In this document: piece by piece, positions 41,884-54,463 of the stretch
Numbering within the stretch: the first letter of the stretch is position 1
Layout of the letters: each line of letters opens with the position of its first letter
Source: Rhodoluna sp.
GTDB taxonomy: Bacteria; Actinomycetota; Actinomycetes; Actinomycetales; Microbacteriaceae
NCBI GenBank assembly: GCA_021741705.1
Contig: JAIOXP010000002.1
Coordinates: 7,499-71,498, forward strand
Length of the DNA stretch: 64,000 bases
Reading direction: 5' to 3'
Program-made: the position numbers and the translations under genes
The notes under the pieces: generated by a model
Database searches by the model: none
Seen by the model: the letters and a program-made list of their open reading frames with translations, nothing else
What the model was told of the DNA's origin: nothing

Positions 41884-41912
41884 CTATTCAAATTGACGAA
41901 AGGGGGATCCAA

Positions 41913-43331
41913 GTGAGTGAGCTAGACGAAGTTGCAAAGCAATGGTCATCGGTAGTTTCAAGACTCACAACTAAAGGATCCCTTAGCCCCCAACTAATGG
42001 GTTTTTTGACCCTTGTGGAACCAAAGGGTGTCCTCGCGGACACCTTGTATTTGGAGGTTCCAAATGATCTAACCCGCGGAATGCTCGAGCAGCGGATCCG
42101 AACCGACATCCTTGAGGTGTTGCAAGAGGACGCTCTCATGGGTGGGCCAACCAACTTTGCCGTTGTGGTCAACCCAGATATTGAGGGAAAAACCGCCGTT
42201 TCTGATACCCCTGAAAACGTCTTTCCGATTGGTTCCGCACCATCCCTTCAGTCTGAGGAATACCCTAGAAAAACCGGGTCTGTTGGGGTAGTTTTTGACA
42301 CCAGATTAAATCCCAAATACAACTTCGATAACTTCGTAACCGGAGGGTCCAACCGCTTTGCTCATGCAGCTGCATTTGCTGTATCGGAGACTCCGGCCAA
42401 GGCATACAACCCGCTATTTATTTACGGTGGTTCAGGTCTTGGCAAGACTCATCTTCTGCACGCCATTGGCCACTATGCCCTCAGTCTTTATCCAAAAATC
42501 AAGGTTCGTTACGTGTCCTCCGAAGAGTTCACAAATGACTTCATCAATGCCATCCAGAACAACCGAAGCTCGGCCTTTCAGGCTGAATATCGGGATATCG
42601 ACGTTCTGTTAATTGACGACATCCAATTCCTACAAGGAAAAGACCAGACCCAAGAAGCTTTTTTCCACACCTTCAACACCCTGCATGATCACAACAAGCA
42701 GGTGGTCATAACCTCCGACTTGCAGCCAAAAGAGCTAACCGGCTTTGAGGAGCGGATGCTTTCCAGGTTTGAGTGGGGTCTAATAACTGATATCCAGGCT
42801 CCTGAGCTGGAAACCCGAATCGCAATCCTAAGAAAAAAGGCCGAAAACGAAAAGATTAAGGTCCCGGACGAGATCCTTGAATATATGGCCGCTCGTGTTG
42901 CCTCCAATATTCGAGAGCTTGAAGGCACTTTGATTCGAGTCACAGCCTTTGCAGCCCTAAACAGGACTCGGGTGGATATGAACCTGGTTCAAACCGTCCT
43001 AAAAGACGTTGTTCCGCTGGGGGAGCAGAACATTATCATCCCCAACGACATCATTGCCGAGGTGTCAAAGTATTACTCGATTACCCCAAGTGACCTTTTT
43101 GGCTCTTCCAGGCAGCAAGCCGTTGCCCAAGCTAGGCAGATTGCCATGTATTTAATTAGGGAGCAAACCAACTTGTCGCTTCCAAAGATTGGCCAGTTGT
43201 TTGGAAACCGGGACCACACCACGGTTATGTATGCAAACAAGAAGGTTACAGACCTAATGAAGGAGCGCCGAGCCCTTTATAACCAGGTAACTGAGATCCT
43301 CAACAGAGTTAAGCAAAAGTCCCGTGGATAA
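41913..43331 (+). CDS. dnaA: Chromosomal replication initiator DnaA
   Basis: YNPLFIYGGSGLGKTHLL, IDDIQFL, RDHTTV; GTG start after GGGGG SD. Confidence 0.98.
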   Translation: MSELDEVAKQWSSVVSRLTTKGSLSPQLMGFLTLVEPKGVLADTLYLEVPNDLTRGMLEQRIRTDILEVLQEDALMGGPTNFAVVVNPDIEGKTAVSDTPENVFPIGSAPSLQSEEYPRKTGSVGVVFDTRLNPKYNFDNFVTGGSNRFAHAAAFAVSETPAKAYNPLFIYGGSGLGKTHLLHAIGHYALSLYPKIKVRYVSSEEFTNDFINAIQNNRSSAFQAEYRDIDVLLIDDIQFLQGKDQTQEAFFHTFNTLHDHNKQVVITSDLQPKELTGFEERMLSRFEWGLITDIQAPELETRIAILRKKAENEKIKVPDEILEYMAARVASNIRELEGTLIRVTAFAALNRTRVDMNLVQTVLKDVVPLGEQNIIIPNDIIAEVSKYYSITPSDLFGSSRQQAVAQARQIAMYLIREQTNLSLPKIGQLFGNRDHTTVMYANKKVTDLMKERRALYNQVTEILNRVKQKSRG

Positions 43332-43627
43332 CCTGTGGATAACTATGTAATTGGCTGATTTAATGCTAAAAACCAACGCTGTGGAGAATAAAAGTCAACA
43401 GGATAGGTGGTTATCCACACACTTATACACAACTGTGTAAACAAGTTTCAAAGATGTAGTTTTTAGAGAAATAAAGGGATATAGCAAGTTATCCACAGTT
43501 TCAACAAGGGTTAATGTGATTATTACTTAAATAGCTTCTAAGTAGATCTATAACCCTTATAAAACTGCTGGTCTAAAACCCGTATCAGAGTGTGCCAAGA
43601 TTAAAGACCTACTAGGAGGGGAACCAA
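43323..43627. other. Replication origin oriC
   Basis: dnaA-dnaN intergenic region with DnaA boxes at 43323, 43334, 43380, 43411, 43423 and 43489, then an AT-rich tract (about 43510-43565). Confidence 0.9.
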
Positions 43628-44770
43628 TTGAAGTTTCAAGTCAATAAAGACGTATTAAACGAGGCTGTGTCATTTGCGGTGAGATTACTCCCTCAAAGAA
43701 CCACCCTCCCAATTCTTAGTGGAATCCTCATCGAGGCAGATGCCAATAATCTTCGGTTATCAGTCTTTGACTACGACACCTCCGCCCAGGTAGAAATAGC
43801 GGCCAAAGTAGAACAATCCGGCAGGGTGCTGGTCTCTGGTCGCCTTCTGGCTGAGATTGTAAGTAAACTCCCAAACTCGATTGTTGACTTTGCTACCGAT
43901 GGGTCAAAAGTTCAAGTGAATTGTGGCTCAGCCAAATTCTCACTACTAACCATGCCAATTGATGAGTATCCAACACTTCCAGCGATTCCGGAAACTTCAG
44001 GACAAGTTTCTGGTGAAGACTTCGCTTCCGCTATCTCCCAGATTTCTGTCGCGGCCTCCAAAGAGGATGTGACACCAGTTCTCACAACAGTGCTACTAGA
44101 AACCTCAACGGAAAACATTTCTCTTGTTGCAACAGATCGTTACCGTGTCGCGGTTCAGGATATTCCATGGAAATCAAAAACCTCTGGTGCTAATCAGACA
44201 GCGCTAATTCCAGCAAAGACCCTTCAGGAGATAGCAAAGACTTTTGCCAACCAAGGTGAAGTTTCGATTTCAATTAACCCATCCGATGAGAAAGATTTAA
44301 TTGCTTTTAAGGCAAACAATCGCTCCGTTACTTCAAGACTAATCAAGGGAAACTTTCCAGCCGTAAAAACCTTATTCCCTGAAAAGATTGAAAACTTCGC
44401 AATCATCAACACGCAGGATTTACTTGATTCAACCAAGCGAGTCTCCTTGGTTCTAGAACGCGAAAGTCCAATCAAATACATTTTCAGCTCAACTTCCTTG
44501 AATTTAGAGGCCGCTGGCGGAGAAACCGCCCAGGCCTCCGAAAGCATTGATGTTCAAGTTACCGGTCCTGATGTAACAGTTTCTCTAAAGCCACAATTCC
44601 TAATAGATGGTTTAGCTGGTGTAAAAACTGAATTTGCGAAAATTGGCTTCACAAACAGCGACAACCCAAATAGGCCAAGTCCGGTTTTGATTACCAACCA
44701 CCAGGCAAAAGAAAAATCAGCTAGCGATAGCTACATGTATCTTCTACAGCCAAATCTTCTTGGCCGCTAA
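43628..44770 (+). CDS. dnaN: DNA polymerase III beta clamp
   Basis: P.LSGILI, ATDRYR, RLI.G.FP; follows oriC. Confidence 0.96.
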   Translation: MKFQVNKDVLNEAVSFAVRLLPQRTTLPILSGILIEADANNLRLSVFDYDTSAQVEIAAKVEQSGRVLVSGRLLAEIVSKLPNSIVDFATDGSKVQVNCGSAKFSLLTMPIDEYPTLPAIPETSGQVSGEDFASAISQISVAASKEDVTPVLTTVLLETSTENISLVATDRYRVAVQDIPWKSKTSGANQTALIPAKTLQEIAKTFANQGEVSISINPSDEKDLIAFKANNRSVTSRLIKGNFPAVKTLFPEKIENFAIINTQDLLDSTKRVSLVLERESPIKYIFSSTSLNLEAAGGETAQASESIDVQVTGPDVTVSLKPQFLIDGLAGVKTEFAKIGFTNSDNPNRPSPVLITNHQAKEKSASDSYMYLLQPNLLGR

Positions 44771-44796
44771 AAAGAAAATAGAGTTTTCTCGAGAAG

Positions 44797-45960
44797 ATGT
44801 TTGCGAAGCGAGTAAAACTCACCAACTTTAGAAACTACGAGTCAGCAGATATTGAGTTTACTTCTGGGATAAATCTAATTTACGGGCCAAACGGCCAGGG
44901 AAAAACCAACCTGGTTGAAGCCCTGAATTTCTTTGCAGCCCTGGATTCACATCGAGTGGCTGGGCAGACCCCACTTATCAAACAAGGCAAATCAACTGCC
45001 CTAATCTCGCTTGAGTTGTCCCACGAAAGTAGAGACTTACTTCTCGAGTATGAGATCAACGCTGATTCATCAAACAGAGCCAGGCTCAATAAGTCTGAGG
45101 TTGCTAAACCTAAAGACATACTGGGTTATCTTAACTCGGTAATTTTTGCCCCCGAGGACCTAGACATAGTAAAACGAGACCCAAGTAACAGAAGGGCCTT
45201 TATAGACCAACTGATTGTTCAGTTCAACCCCCGGATGCACGGTGTTTATGCCGATTATGACCGTGTTCTAAAACAACGAAACACCCTCTTGAAATCCGCC
45301 AGAGCCACCGGCACCAAGGGAGATAGTTTGTCTACCCTAGACGCCTGGGACCAAGCCTTGGTCAAAAATGGAACCGAAATCATCGCTGCACGAGTTGCAA
45401 TCACCAAAAAACTCTCACCCCCGCTTGTGACCAACTACCAAAACATCGCCAAGAGCAATAACCAACCAGGCATGTTTATTCGATCTTCCGTGGTGGAAGC
45501 AAGCAAGATTGATCAAGATGATCTTGAGACCCAGGATGCTATAGACACAACCAACAAAGAAGAAACCTCAATCTTGTTCCAGCAAAAACTGTCCCTGGTT
45601 CGCCATAAAGAACTTGAGCGAGGAATCACGCTAGTTGGCCCACACCGCGATGATCTTCAGCTAAACCTCGGCTCTCTTCCAGCAAAGGGCTATGCAAGCC
45701 ATGGAGAGAGCTGGTCCTACGCTCTTTCTTTGAAGCTTGCATCGCTTGAGATTCTCAAATCTGAATCAAAGCTAGGAGACCCGATCTTGATACTCGACGA
45801 CGTCTTTGCTGAGCTAGATAAAGACCGCAGAGAAAAGCTTTCTGACCTAGTGCAGCAGAATGAACAGGTGCTAATAACAGCTGCCGTGATAGAGGATGTC
45901 CCCAATAATTTGCTTGCCAACAAATTTGAAGTTGAGTCTGGAAAGGTAAGGCATGCCTGA
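44797..45960 (+). CDS. recF: DNA replication/repair protein RecF
   Basis: NFRNY, GPNGQGKTN, GPHRDDL, SHGE, LDDVFAELD. Confidence 0.97.
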   Translation: MFAKRVKLTNFRNYESADIEFTSGINLIYGPNGQGKTNLVEALNFFAALDSHRVAGQTPLIKQGKSTALISLELSHESRDLLLEYEINADSSNRARLNKSEVAKPKDILGYLNSVIFAPEDLDIVKRDPSNRRAFIDQLIVQFNPRMHGVYADYDRVLKQRNTLLKSARATGTKGDSLSTLDAWDQALVKNGTEIIAARVAITKKLSPPLVTNYQNIAKSNNQPGMFIRSSVVEASKIDQDDLETQDAIDTTNKEETSILFQQKLSLVRHKELERGITLVGPHRDDLQLNLGSLPAKGYASHGESWSYALSLKLASLEILKSESKLGDPILILDDVFAELDKDRREKLSDLVQQNEQVLITAAVIEDVPNNLLANKFEVESGKVRHA

Positions 45961-46438
45961 AGACAACAACTTTGCTGTTGATTTCTATTACGCCATGAAG
46001 GCAGCCGTTACCGGAAGGGTATCCAAGGACCAGAAGCGAATCATAGAGAAAAAGAAAATTCGCTCAAAACCCTTTGATTCTGGCCGTGACCCAGTCCCAG
46101 CAGGAAACACCATCGACTCCCTAATGCACGATTTTCGCTGGCAATCGCAGCTAGAGGAAGCAGAGCTATTTGTTCGCTGGAGCGAAATAGTCGGTGAAAT
46201 TAACGCTAAGAATTCACAACCTGAAACCTTGAATAATGGCAAGTTAACAATTCGCTGTAAATCGACCGCTTGGGCTACCGAATTGCGATTGATGCAAAAT
46301 CAAATTTTGGAGAAAATCGAGGCCGCATTTCCAGAGCTAAAAATATCGAATATTTCGTTCATTGGTCCAGACGCACCAAGTTGGAAAAAAGGCTCAAGAT
46401 CGGTTCCCGGTCGAGGACCTAGAGACACCTACGGATAG
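45953..46438 (+). CDS. dciA: DciA/DUF721 family protein
   Basis: W.EIVG, STAWATEL, PGRGPRDTYG; between recF and gyrB. Confidence 0.9.
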   Translation: MPEDNNFAVDFYYAMKAAVTGRVSKDQKRIIEKKKIRSKPFDSGRDPVPAGNTIDSLMHDFRWQSQLEEAELFVRWSEIVGEINAKNSQPETLNNGKLTIRCKSTAWATELRLMQNQILEKIEAAFPELKISNISFIGPDAPSWKKGSRSVPGRGPRDTYG

Positions 46439-46561
46439 ATTTCCCCAACCTCGAATATTTGCCCTTCGGACAATGTAAAATAGAAAAGTTAGCAAACCCG
46501 AATATAAGTCGCGTTGCGCTGTTATGTGGAACTAACTCGTTACTAGAGGAGCATTTCGTAA

Positions 46562-48622
<2,061 letters not shown>

Positions 48623-48637
48623 GAAAGAGAGAAAACC

Positions 48638-51136
48638 ATGGCAGATAAGACAGACGCACCAGAGCCTCGTATGGACCACGTTGAGCAGGTAGATCTGCAA
48701 GTCGAGATGCAGCGAAGCTACCTCGACTACGCCATGAGCGTTATCGTTGGACGCGCGTTACCGGATGTTAGAGATGGACTAAAGCCAGTTCACCGCAGAG
48801 TTTTGTATGCGATGTATGACGGGGGATACCGACCAGACAAGCAGTTCTCAAAGTGCTCTCGTGTTGTTGGTGACGTTATGGGTCAGTACCACCCACACGG
48901 TGACACTGCTATTTATGACACCTTGGTAAGACTTGTTCAGTCTTGGAACCTTCGCTACCCACTTGTTCTAGGTCAAGGTAACTTCGGCTCTCCTGGAAAT
49001 GACCCCGCAGCTGCTCCTAGATATACCGAATGCAAAATGGCTCCACTTGCCATGGAGATGGTTCGAGACATCGACGAAGACACAGTTGATTTCCAAGATA
49101 ACTACGACGGTAGAACTCAAGAGCCGACCATACTTCCAAGCAGGATCCCAAACCTTCTAATAAATGGTTCGATCGGTATCGCAGTTGGTATGGCCACCAA
49201 CATCCCTCCTCACAACCTGCGTGAGGTTGCCGAAGGTGCGATCTGGTATCTAGAGAACCCAGATGCTTCGGAAGAAGAATTGCTTTCAGCATTGATGCAA
49301 CGCATCAAGGGACCAGATTTCCCAACCGGAGCCGAAATCATTGGCCGGCGTGGTATTGAAGACGCTTATCGAACCGGACGTGGTTCGATCACCATGCGAG
49401 CAATCGTAAATGTCGAAGAACTGCAGGGAAGAACCTGCCTTGTTGTTACCGAGCTTCCATATCAAGTAAACCCCGACAACCTAGCTCAGAAAATTGCAGA
49501 GCTAGTTAAGGAAGGCAAGCTGAGCGGAATTGCAGACATCAGAGACGAAACCTCAGGTCGTACCGGACAGCGACTGATTATTGTCCTAAAGCGAGATGCC
49601 GTAGCAAGAGTTGTTCTAAACAACTTGTTTAAATACACCCAGCTAAGAGATAACTTCAGTGCCAACATGCTGGCACTTGTCGACGGGGTACCAAGGACGT
49701 TGTCCTTGGATGGATTCATCTCGCACTGGGTAAACCACCAGGTTGACGTAATCGTTAGAAGAACTAACTTCAGACTGAAAAAGGCTGAAGAAAGAGCCCA
49801 TATTCTTCGTGGTTATCTAAAGGCCCTAGACGCATTGGATGCCGTAATTGCCCTTATTCGAAAGAGCGAAAATGCAGATGTCGCCAAAGAAGGCTTGATG
49901 AAGCTTCTCAAGATTGATGAGTTGCAAGCTCGTGCAATCTTGAACATGCAGCTACGTCAACTTGCTGCTCTTGAGCGCCAAAGAATCATCGATGAAGCAG
50001 CTGCTTTGGAACTTGAAATCAAGGATTACAAGGCCATAATCGCAAGCCCTAAGAAACAACGCGAAATCATAAAAAGTGAATTGGTTGAGGTTGTTGAGAA
50101 GCACGGCGACGAGCGACGCTCTCAAATTCAATCCGGCGGCGATGACGATGTCTCTACCGATGACCTAATTCCTGAAGAGGAAATGGTTATCACTGTCACC
50201 CGCGGTGGGTACATCAAACGAACCAAGAGCACCAATTACCGCAGCCAACACCGCGGTGGTAAGGGCGTAAAGGGTGCCTCGCTGAGGGCAGACGATGTGG
50301 TACTTCACTTCTTTGTTACCACCACTCACCATTGGCTGCTCTTTTTTACCAACAAAGGTCGTGTTTACAGAGCCAAGGCTTATGAAGTTCAGGAAGCAGG
50401 GCGTGACGCAAAAGGACAGCACGTTGCCAATTTGCTCGCGTTGCAACCAGACGAGCAGATTGCGTCGATCCTGGATATCAGAGATTACAACCAGGCGCCT
50501 TATCTTGTCCTTGCCACTAAGTCAGGGCTGGTCAAGAAAACCGAACTTGAGTCCTACGACACCCCAAGATCTGGTGGAATCATCGCCATCAAGCTAAAAG
50601 GCAACGACGAGGTTATCTCGGCCATGTTGGTTTCAGAATCAGACGATCTGCTGTTGGTTTCACGCAAGGGCATGTCAATTAGATTCTCTGCATCTGATGA
50701 ATCACTTCGCCCGATGGGCCGTGATACATCAGGAAACATCGGTATGAACTTCCGCAAGGGCGATGAATTACTGTCCGCCACAGTTATCAACGACATTGCA
50801 GATTCCTACGTATTCATAGCCACCGAAGGTGGCTATGCCAAGCGCACTGCCGTGGACCAATATCGCCCACAAAACCGCGGTGGTTTGGGCATCAAGGTCG
50901 CCAAACTAGAGGAAAAACGCGGTGATTTAGTGGGTGCAATCATCTGCTCTGAAGCAGACGAGGTGCTAGTTGTGCTCTCTAGCGGTAAAGTTGTCAGGTC
51001 CGCTGTTAGCGAGGTACCGGCCAAGGGCCGGGACACCATGGGAGTGGTGTTTGCCAGATTTGACGAAGCGGACTCAGTAATAGGACTAGCAAAAAACTCA
51101 GAGCGCAATTTGGAAGGTTCAATCGAGAATGAGTGA
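48638..51136 (+). CDS. gyrA: DNA gyrase subunit A
   Basis: [21 protein letters not shown], GyrA box QHRGGKG. Confidence 0.98.
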   Translation: MADKTDAPEPRMDHVEQVDLQVEMQRSYLDYAMSVIVGRALPDVRDGLKPVHRRVLYAMYDGGYRPDKQFSKCSRVVGDVMGQYHPHGDTAIYDTLVRLVQSWNLRYPLVLGQGNFGSPGNDPAAAPRYTECKMAPLAMEMVRDIDEDTVDFQDNYDGRTQEPTILPSRIPNLLINGSIGIAVGMATNIPPHNLREVAEGAIWYLENPDASEEELLSALMQRIKGPDFPTGAEIIGRRGIEDAYRTGRGSITMRAIVNVEELQGRTCLVVTELPYQVNPDNLAQKIAELVKEGKLSGIADIRDETSGRTGQRLIIVLKRDAVARVVLNNLFKYTQLRDNFSANMLALVDGVPRTLSLDGFISHWVNHQVDVIVRRTNFRLKKAEERAHILRGYLKALDALDAVIALIRKSENADVAKEGLMKLLKIDELQARAILNMQLRQLAALERQRIIDEAAALELEIKDYKAIIASPKKQREIIKSELVEVVEKHGDERRSQIQSGGDDDVSTDDLIPEEEMVITVTRGGYIKRTKSTNYRSQHRGGKGVKGASLRADDVVLHFFVTTTHHWLLFFTNKGRVYRAKAYEVQEAGRDAKGQHVANLLALQPDEQIASILDIRDYNQAPYLVLATKSGLVKKTELESYDTPRSGGIIAIKLKGNDEVISAMLVSESDDLLLVSRKGMSIRFSASDESLRPMGRDTSGNIGMNFRKGDELLSATVINDIADSYVFIATEGGYAKRTAVDQYRPQNRGGLGIKVAKLEEKRGDLVGAIICSEADEVLVVLSSGKVVRSAVSEVPAKGRDTMGVVFARFDEADSVIGLAKNSERNLEGSIENE

Positions 51137-51563
51137 AGCCCCATCAAGGAAATCTAAACTGAAATCCCTATCCAGATTAAAGCTTCGCCCAACCCCAAGT
51201 GCCGACCAAAAAAGAGTGCAACTTAGGCTTGTGAAAATCGAAGTTTGGTCAGCGGCCAAGGCAGGGTTCTTTATAACAGTTGCTGCGGGAGTAGCAACCA
51301 TTGTTGGTTTCTTTGCCATGTGGCTTGTAGTTGGTCAGCTGGGCTTGTTTGCATCGATTAACACTCTGCTAGCTAGTGCATTTGGCGATGGTGGCGTTGA
51401 CATTCAACAAGAACTCTCTTTACCCCGAGTCATATCTTTTGCTTTTGGCTTATCCGTTTTCAACGTCTTGGTAGGAACATCTTTGGCAGCTGTTTACGCC
51501 ATGATTTTCAACGTAATCGGCAAGATTACTGGCGGTATTGCGGTTAGCTTCACAAACAACTAG
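51129..51563 (+). CDS. DUF3566 membrane protein
   Basis: L.L.KIE.WS..K, TGGI.V.F; conserved position after gyrA in actinobacteria. Confidence 0.88.
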   Translation: MSEAPSRKSKLKSLSRLKLRPTPSADQKRVQLRLVKIEVWSAAKAGFFITVAAGVATIVGFFAMWLVVGQLGLFASINTLLASAFGDGGVDIQQELSLPRVISFAFGLSVFNVLVGTSLAAVYAMIFNVIGKITGGIAVSFTNN

Positions 51564-51634
51564 ATTCACAACTGGTTTGGCTTCAATAGGTTTGTGCATT
51601 GTTTTTGGATGCATTAGACTCAATGAAGCTCTAC

Positions 51635-51711
51635 GGGCCTATAGCTCAGGTGGTTAGAGCGCTTCACTGATAATGAAGAGGTCGGAGGTTCAAGTCCTCC
51701 TAGGCCCACCA
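51635..51711 (+). tRNA. tRNA-Ile(GAT)
   Basis: GGGCCTA...CTGATAA...GGTTCAAGTCC...TAGGCCCACCA cloverleaf with encoded CCA. Confidence 0.97.
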
Positions 51712-51771
51712 GGGAGCATCTCTTCATCAGAGGTGATGGTTCCGTCCAAGAAACACCAGATCTAACGATCC

Positions 51772-51844
51772 GGGGACTTAGCTCAGTTGGTAGAGCACCT
51801 GCTTTGCAAGCAGGGGGTCAGGGGTTCGACCCCCCTAGTCTCCA
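51772..51844 (+). tRNA. tRNA-Ala(TGC)
   Basis: GGGGACT...TTTGCAA...GGTTCGACCC...AGTCTCCA. Confidence 0.97.
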
Positions 51845-51850
51845 CTAGTC

Positions 51851-51884
51851 AAAAAACTCCCTTATGTTTGAAGGGGAGTTTTTT
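51851..51884 (+). terminator. Intrinsic terminator after tRNA-Ala
   Basis: AAAAAACTCCCTT...AAGGGGAGTTTTTT hairpin with U-tract. Confidence 0.85.
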
Positions 51885-51898
51885 ACTTGTGTGGAGAA

Positions 51899-51922
51899 AT
51901 AGTCTGATTTATAGTCTGATTT
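51899..51922 (+). repeat. Perfect tandem 12-bp direct repeat (ATAGTCTGATTT x2)
   Basis: Read directly from the sequence. Confidence 0.8.
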
Positions 51923-52009
51923 TGGTCCCAAAACACCAAACTAGCTGCCACGGACAAAAAATTGCGGGTCAGCGAAAGAAACATAGTATCGTGAAATAGT
52001 GTTTGGCAT

Positions 52010-52885
52010 TTGGCAAATAAAAATATAATTGCCTTCCTGTCCGGGGGACTGGGTAATCAGCTTTTTGTCTATGCGGCTGCGCTCGAACAAGCCGACCGCA
52101 TAGGGGTAAATGTATTGGCGGATGTTTCGTGGTTTTACAGGCAAGACAAGAGGGTGTACCTGCTCGGTCATCTCTTTCCGAATCTCCAAGTAGTTGGAGG
52201 TTCATCGAGGGCCTCAAGAACACTTAGCAAAGCCTCTTCGATTTTGAACCGACTTAGAAAACACTCTGTTTTTGTGGAAAAAGGCTTCTATGAGACAAAA
52301 AACTCCTTTGATGATCGAATTTTTTCGATAACAGAAGGAACAAGGCTTCGCGGGTACTTTCAATCCACTAAGTATTTTCCATCGACAGGAGCTCTAGTCG
52401 CTGAGGCCGTAAGGCAGGCACGGGTGAGTAAAGAGGAACAGAGCACTTTAGACGACATTTGTTCGCGTCCATTTAATGCAATTCACGTCAGGCGCGGTGA
52501 CTACTTTCATAGCCCATCCACTAGAGATTTTCACGGACTCACAACCAAGGAGTATTTCGAAGCGGGGTCAAGACTGTTCGGCAACTCAACCTTGCCTTGC
52601 CTTGTCTTTTCGGATTCCCCACAACTAGCCCGAAAAGAATTGGATGGGGTTGGGAATTTTGTCTTTGATCCCAAAATCTTGGATTTAGGAGAAGTTGCCA
52701 CCCTAAAACTTATGTCCTACGCAAAAGGACTGGTTATTAGTAATTCATCATTTAGTTGGTGGGCCGCCTACACCATTTCCCAACGTGACCCGTGTGCAGT
52801 CATTGTGACTCCAAGGCCATGGTCAAAAAATATTGACTTCAACCACAACCTAATCCATCAAAATTGGATTAACCTCTCAATCTGA
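52010..52885 (+). CDS. Alpha-1,2-fucosyltransferase (GT11)
   Basis: GGLGNQLF, GYFQS, IHVRRGDY, NSSFSWWAA. Confidence 0.93.
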   Translation: MANKNIIAFLSGGLGNQLFVYAAALEQADRIGVNVLADVSWFYRQDKRVYLLGHLFPNLQVVGGSSRASRTLSKASSILNRLRKHSVFVEKGFYETKNSFDDRIFSITEGTRLRGYFQSTKYFPSTGALVAEAVRQARVSKEEQSTLDDICSRPFNAIHVRRGDYFHSPSTRDFHGLTTKEYFEAGSRLFGNSTLPCLVFSDSPQLARKELDGVGNFVFDPKILDLGEVATLKLMSYAKGLVISNSSFSWWAAYTISQRDPCAVIVTPRPWSKNIDFNHNLIHQNWINLSI

Positions 52886-52967
52886 CACCCAAAGCCTCGA
52901 AAGATGGCACTGTCTCACTAGTATTGAAGTAGTTCTCAAAGCATGAAAGCCCTGAAAAGGGAGCCTA

Positions 52968-53040
52968 GCGTTTGTAGCTCAACGGATAGAGCATCTGACT
53001 ACGGATCAGAAGGTTGGGGGTTCGAGTCCCTCCAAGCGCA
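52968..53040 (+). tRNA. tRNA-Arg(ACG)
   Basis: GCGTTTG TAGCTCAACGGATAGAGC A TCTGA-CTACGGA-TCAGA ... GGTTCGAGTCC ... CAAGCGCA; CCA not encoded. Confidence 0.96.
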
Positions 53041-53104
53041 CTTTTAGATCAATACCCCTGATTTTTCGGGGTGTAGAAACTCCAGTGGCTAACTTGCATG
53101 GAAA

Positions 53105-53142
53105 TTGACAACTATTGATAAACAATGTATCGTTTATCAATA
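53105..53142 (+). promoter_or_regulatory. Sigma-70 promoter overlapped by an inverted-repeat operator
   Basis: TTGACA (53105)-17 bp-TATCGT (53128); IR TATTGATAAAC-N8-GTTTATCAATA (53113-53142). Confidence 0.75.
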
Positions 53143-53174
53143 TACATGTTTCGAAAGACCAAAGGAGAAGAATC

Positions 53175-53657
53175 GTGAGGGGATCGGAACGAGCGATACA
53201 AATCGGAACCATTTTGGTAATTGGGGTTTTGATGTTTATAGGACTTCTGGTTTCTGTAGCGGTGCCATTTGTAGCCTCTGGGCTAGTTGACGAATACAGT
53301 GAATACGCAAATGATTTCTGGGTAATTGTAGGAATGCTATTCGCACCAACTATTCTGGCAGAGTCGCTTCTGGTGATTATTCTTGTTCTACTGAGACGCA
53401 TTCGAGTGGATCAAATGTTTTCTAATGCCTCGCACAAGTGGGTAGTTTCACTTTCCTACAACGCTGCTGCTCTTTCGGCTACGTTTGTGGTTATTTTGGT
53501 TTGGTTGAGTATCAAGAACACTCTTCCGCCCGTCATCGCACTGCTTTTGCTGATTGGAATTTTCCTGCCACTGGCAGTGTCGCTGGTAACCAGATCTTTG
53601 CTAGTTCTATTGAAGAGAGCTACGGCGAAATCCGAAGAGTTGGAAGGGGTTGTGTAA
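53175..53657 (+). CDS. DUF2975 membrane protein
   Basis: Four TM helices and a C-terminal A..KSEELEGVV coupled to an HTH gene; GTG after AAGGAG. Confidence 0.8.
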   Translation: MRGSERAIQIGTILVIGVLMFIGLLVSVAVPFVASGLVDEYSEYANDFWVIVGMLFAPTILAESLLVIILVLLRRIRVDQMFSNASHKWVVSLSYNAAALSATFVVILVWLSIKNTLPPVIALLLLIGIFLPLAVSLVTRSLLVLLKRATAKSEELEGVV

Positions 53658-53914
53658 TGCCTATCATCGTAGATTTCGAGGAGCAACGGAACCACAAGGG
53701 ACTTACGGTTTCCCAACTTGCTGATGACGTTGGAATCACTCAAGCAAACCTTTTTGTCCTCAAAAGTAACCGAGCCAAGGCAATCCGCTTCTCAACGCTC
53801 GAGGCTCTCTGCATTGCTTTAGATTGCCAGCCTGGAGATATCTTAAAGTTTGAATCCGATAAGAGAAGAAACAAAGTCAGCATGGCGAAAGAACTCCGCA
53901 GAGAGCAGAAATAG
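53657..53914 (+). CDS. YozG-like Cro/C1 HTH transcriptional regulator
   Basis: LADDVGITQANL..LK.NRAKAIRFSTLEALC.ALDCQPGDIL. Confidence 0.9.
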   Translation: MPIIVDFEEQRNHKGLTVSQLADDVGITQANLFVLKSNRAKAIRFSTLEALCIALDCQPGDILKFESDKRRNKVSMAKELRREQK

Positions 53915-54036
53915 CTTTTGTGCTCTGATGCTTAGTTATCTGACCCTAGAAACAAACTGAATCTCTAGCTATTGCGGCACAACGACCCACTGATACTGAA
54001 TCAGTTGCCCTATTGAGGGAAGAAGATTTTAGGGAA

Positions 54037-54432
54037 TTACAAATTTTTGTAGACAGCTTCAATTTGCCAACCGTCTGGGTCAATGAGATAAGCAGCGTAG
54101 TAGTCTGGTCCGAAATCTGACCAGATCTTAGGCGCTCCCTTGCTTGTGCCACCCATCGCAATGCCTTGCCTGTGCCATTCGTCAACGGCTTCTCTGCTGG
54201 GTGCTGAAAACGCCAAATGAAAACCAGGTCCAGGAGATAACTCAGTTGAGAAACGCTCCTTTATTGTGAACTTATCCTCATTGATTTCAAAGCCATACCC
54301 GATTGCCTGGTGCTTCTCACCTGGACGTAAATCCTCAAAAGCTCGTATGTAGCCCAAAGGCTTCAGAATCGCATCGTAAAAGATGCTGGAGGCTACGATC
54401 TCGGAAACTCCGATGCTTATGTGGTGAATCAT
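54037..54432 (-). CDS. VOC/glyoxalase family protein
   Basis: MIHHISIGV, FYD.IL..LG, HLAF.A.SR..VD, YYAAY..DPDG..IE. Confidence 0.9.
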   Translation of the reverse strand: MIHHISIGVSEIVASSIFYDAILKPLGYIRAFEDLRPGEKHQAIGYGFEINEDKFTIKERFSTELSPGPGFHLAFSAPSREAVDEWHRQGIAMGGTSKGAPKIWSDFGPDYYAAYLIDPDGWQIEAVYKNL

Positions 54433-54463
54433 TCTCCTAGGATACTGAAGGCACAAAGTGGAT

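Noticed and set aside
41647-41916. 89-aa ORF between rpmH and dnaA
   Set aside because: It overlaps the divergent promoter and DnaA-box region and has no protein-like features
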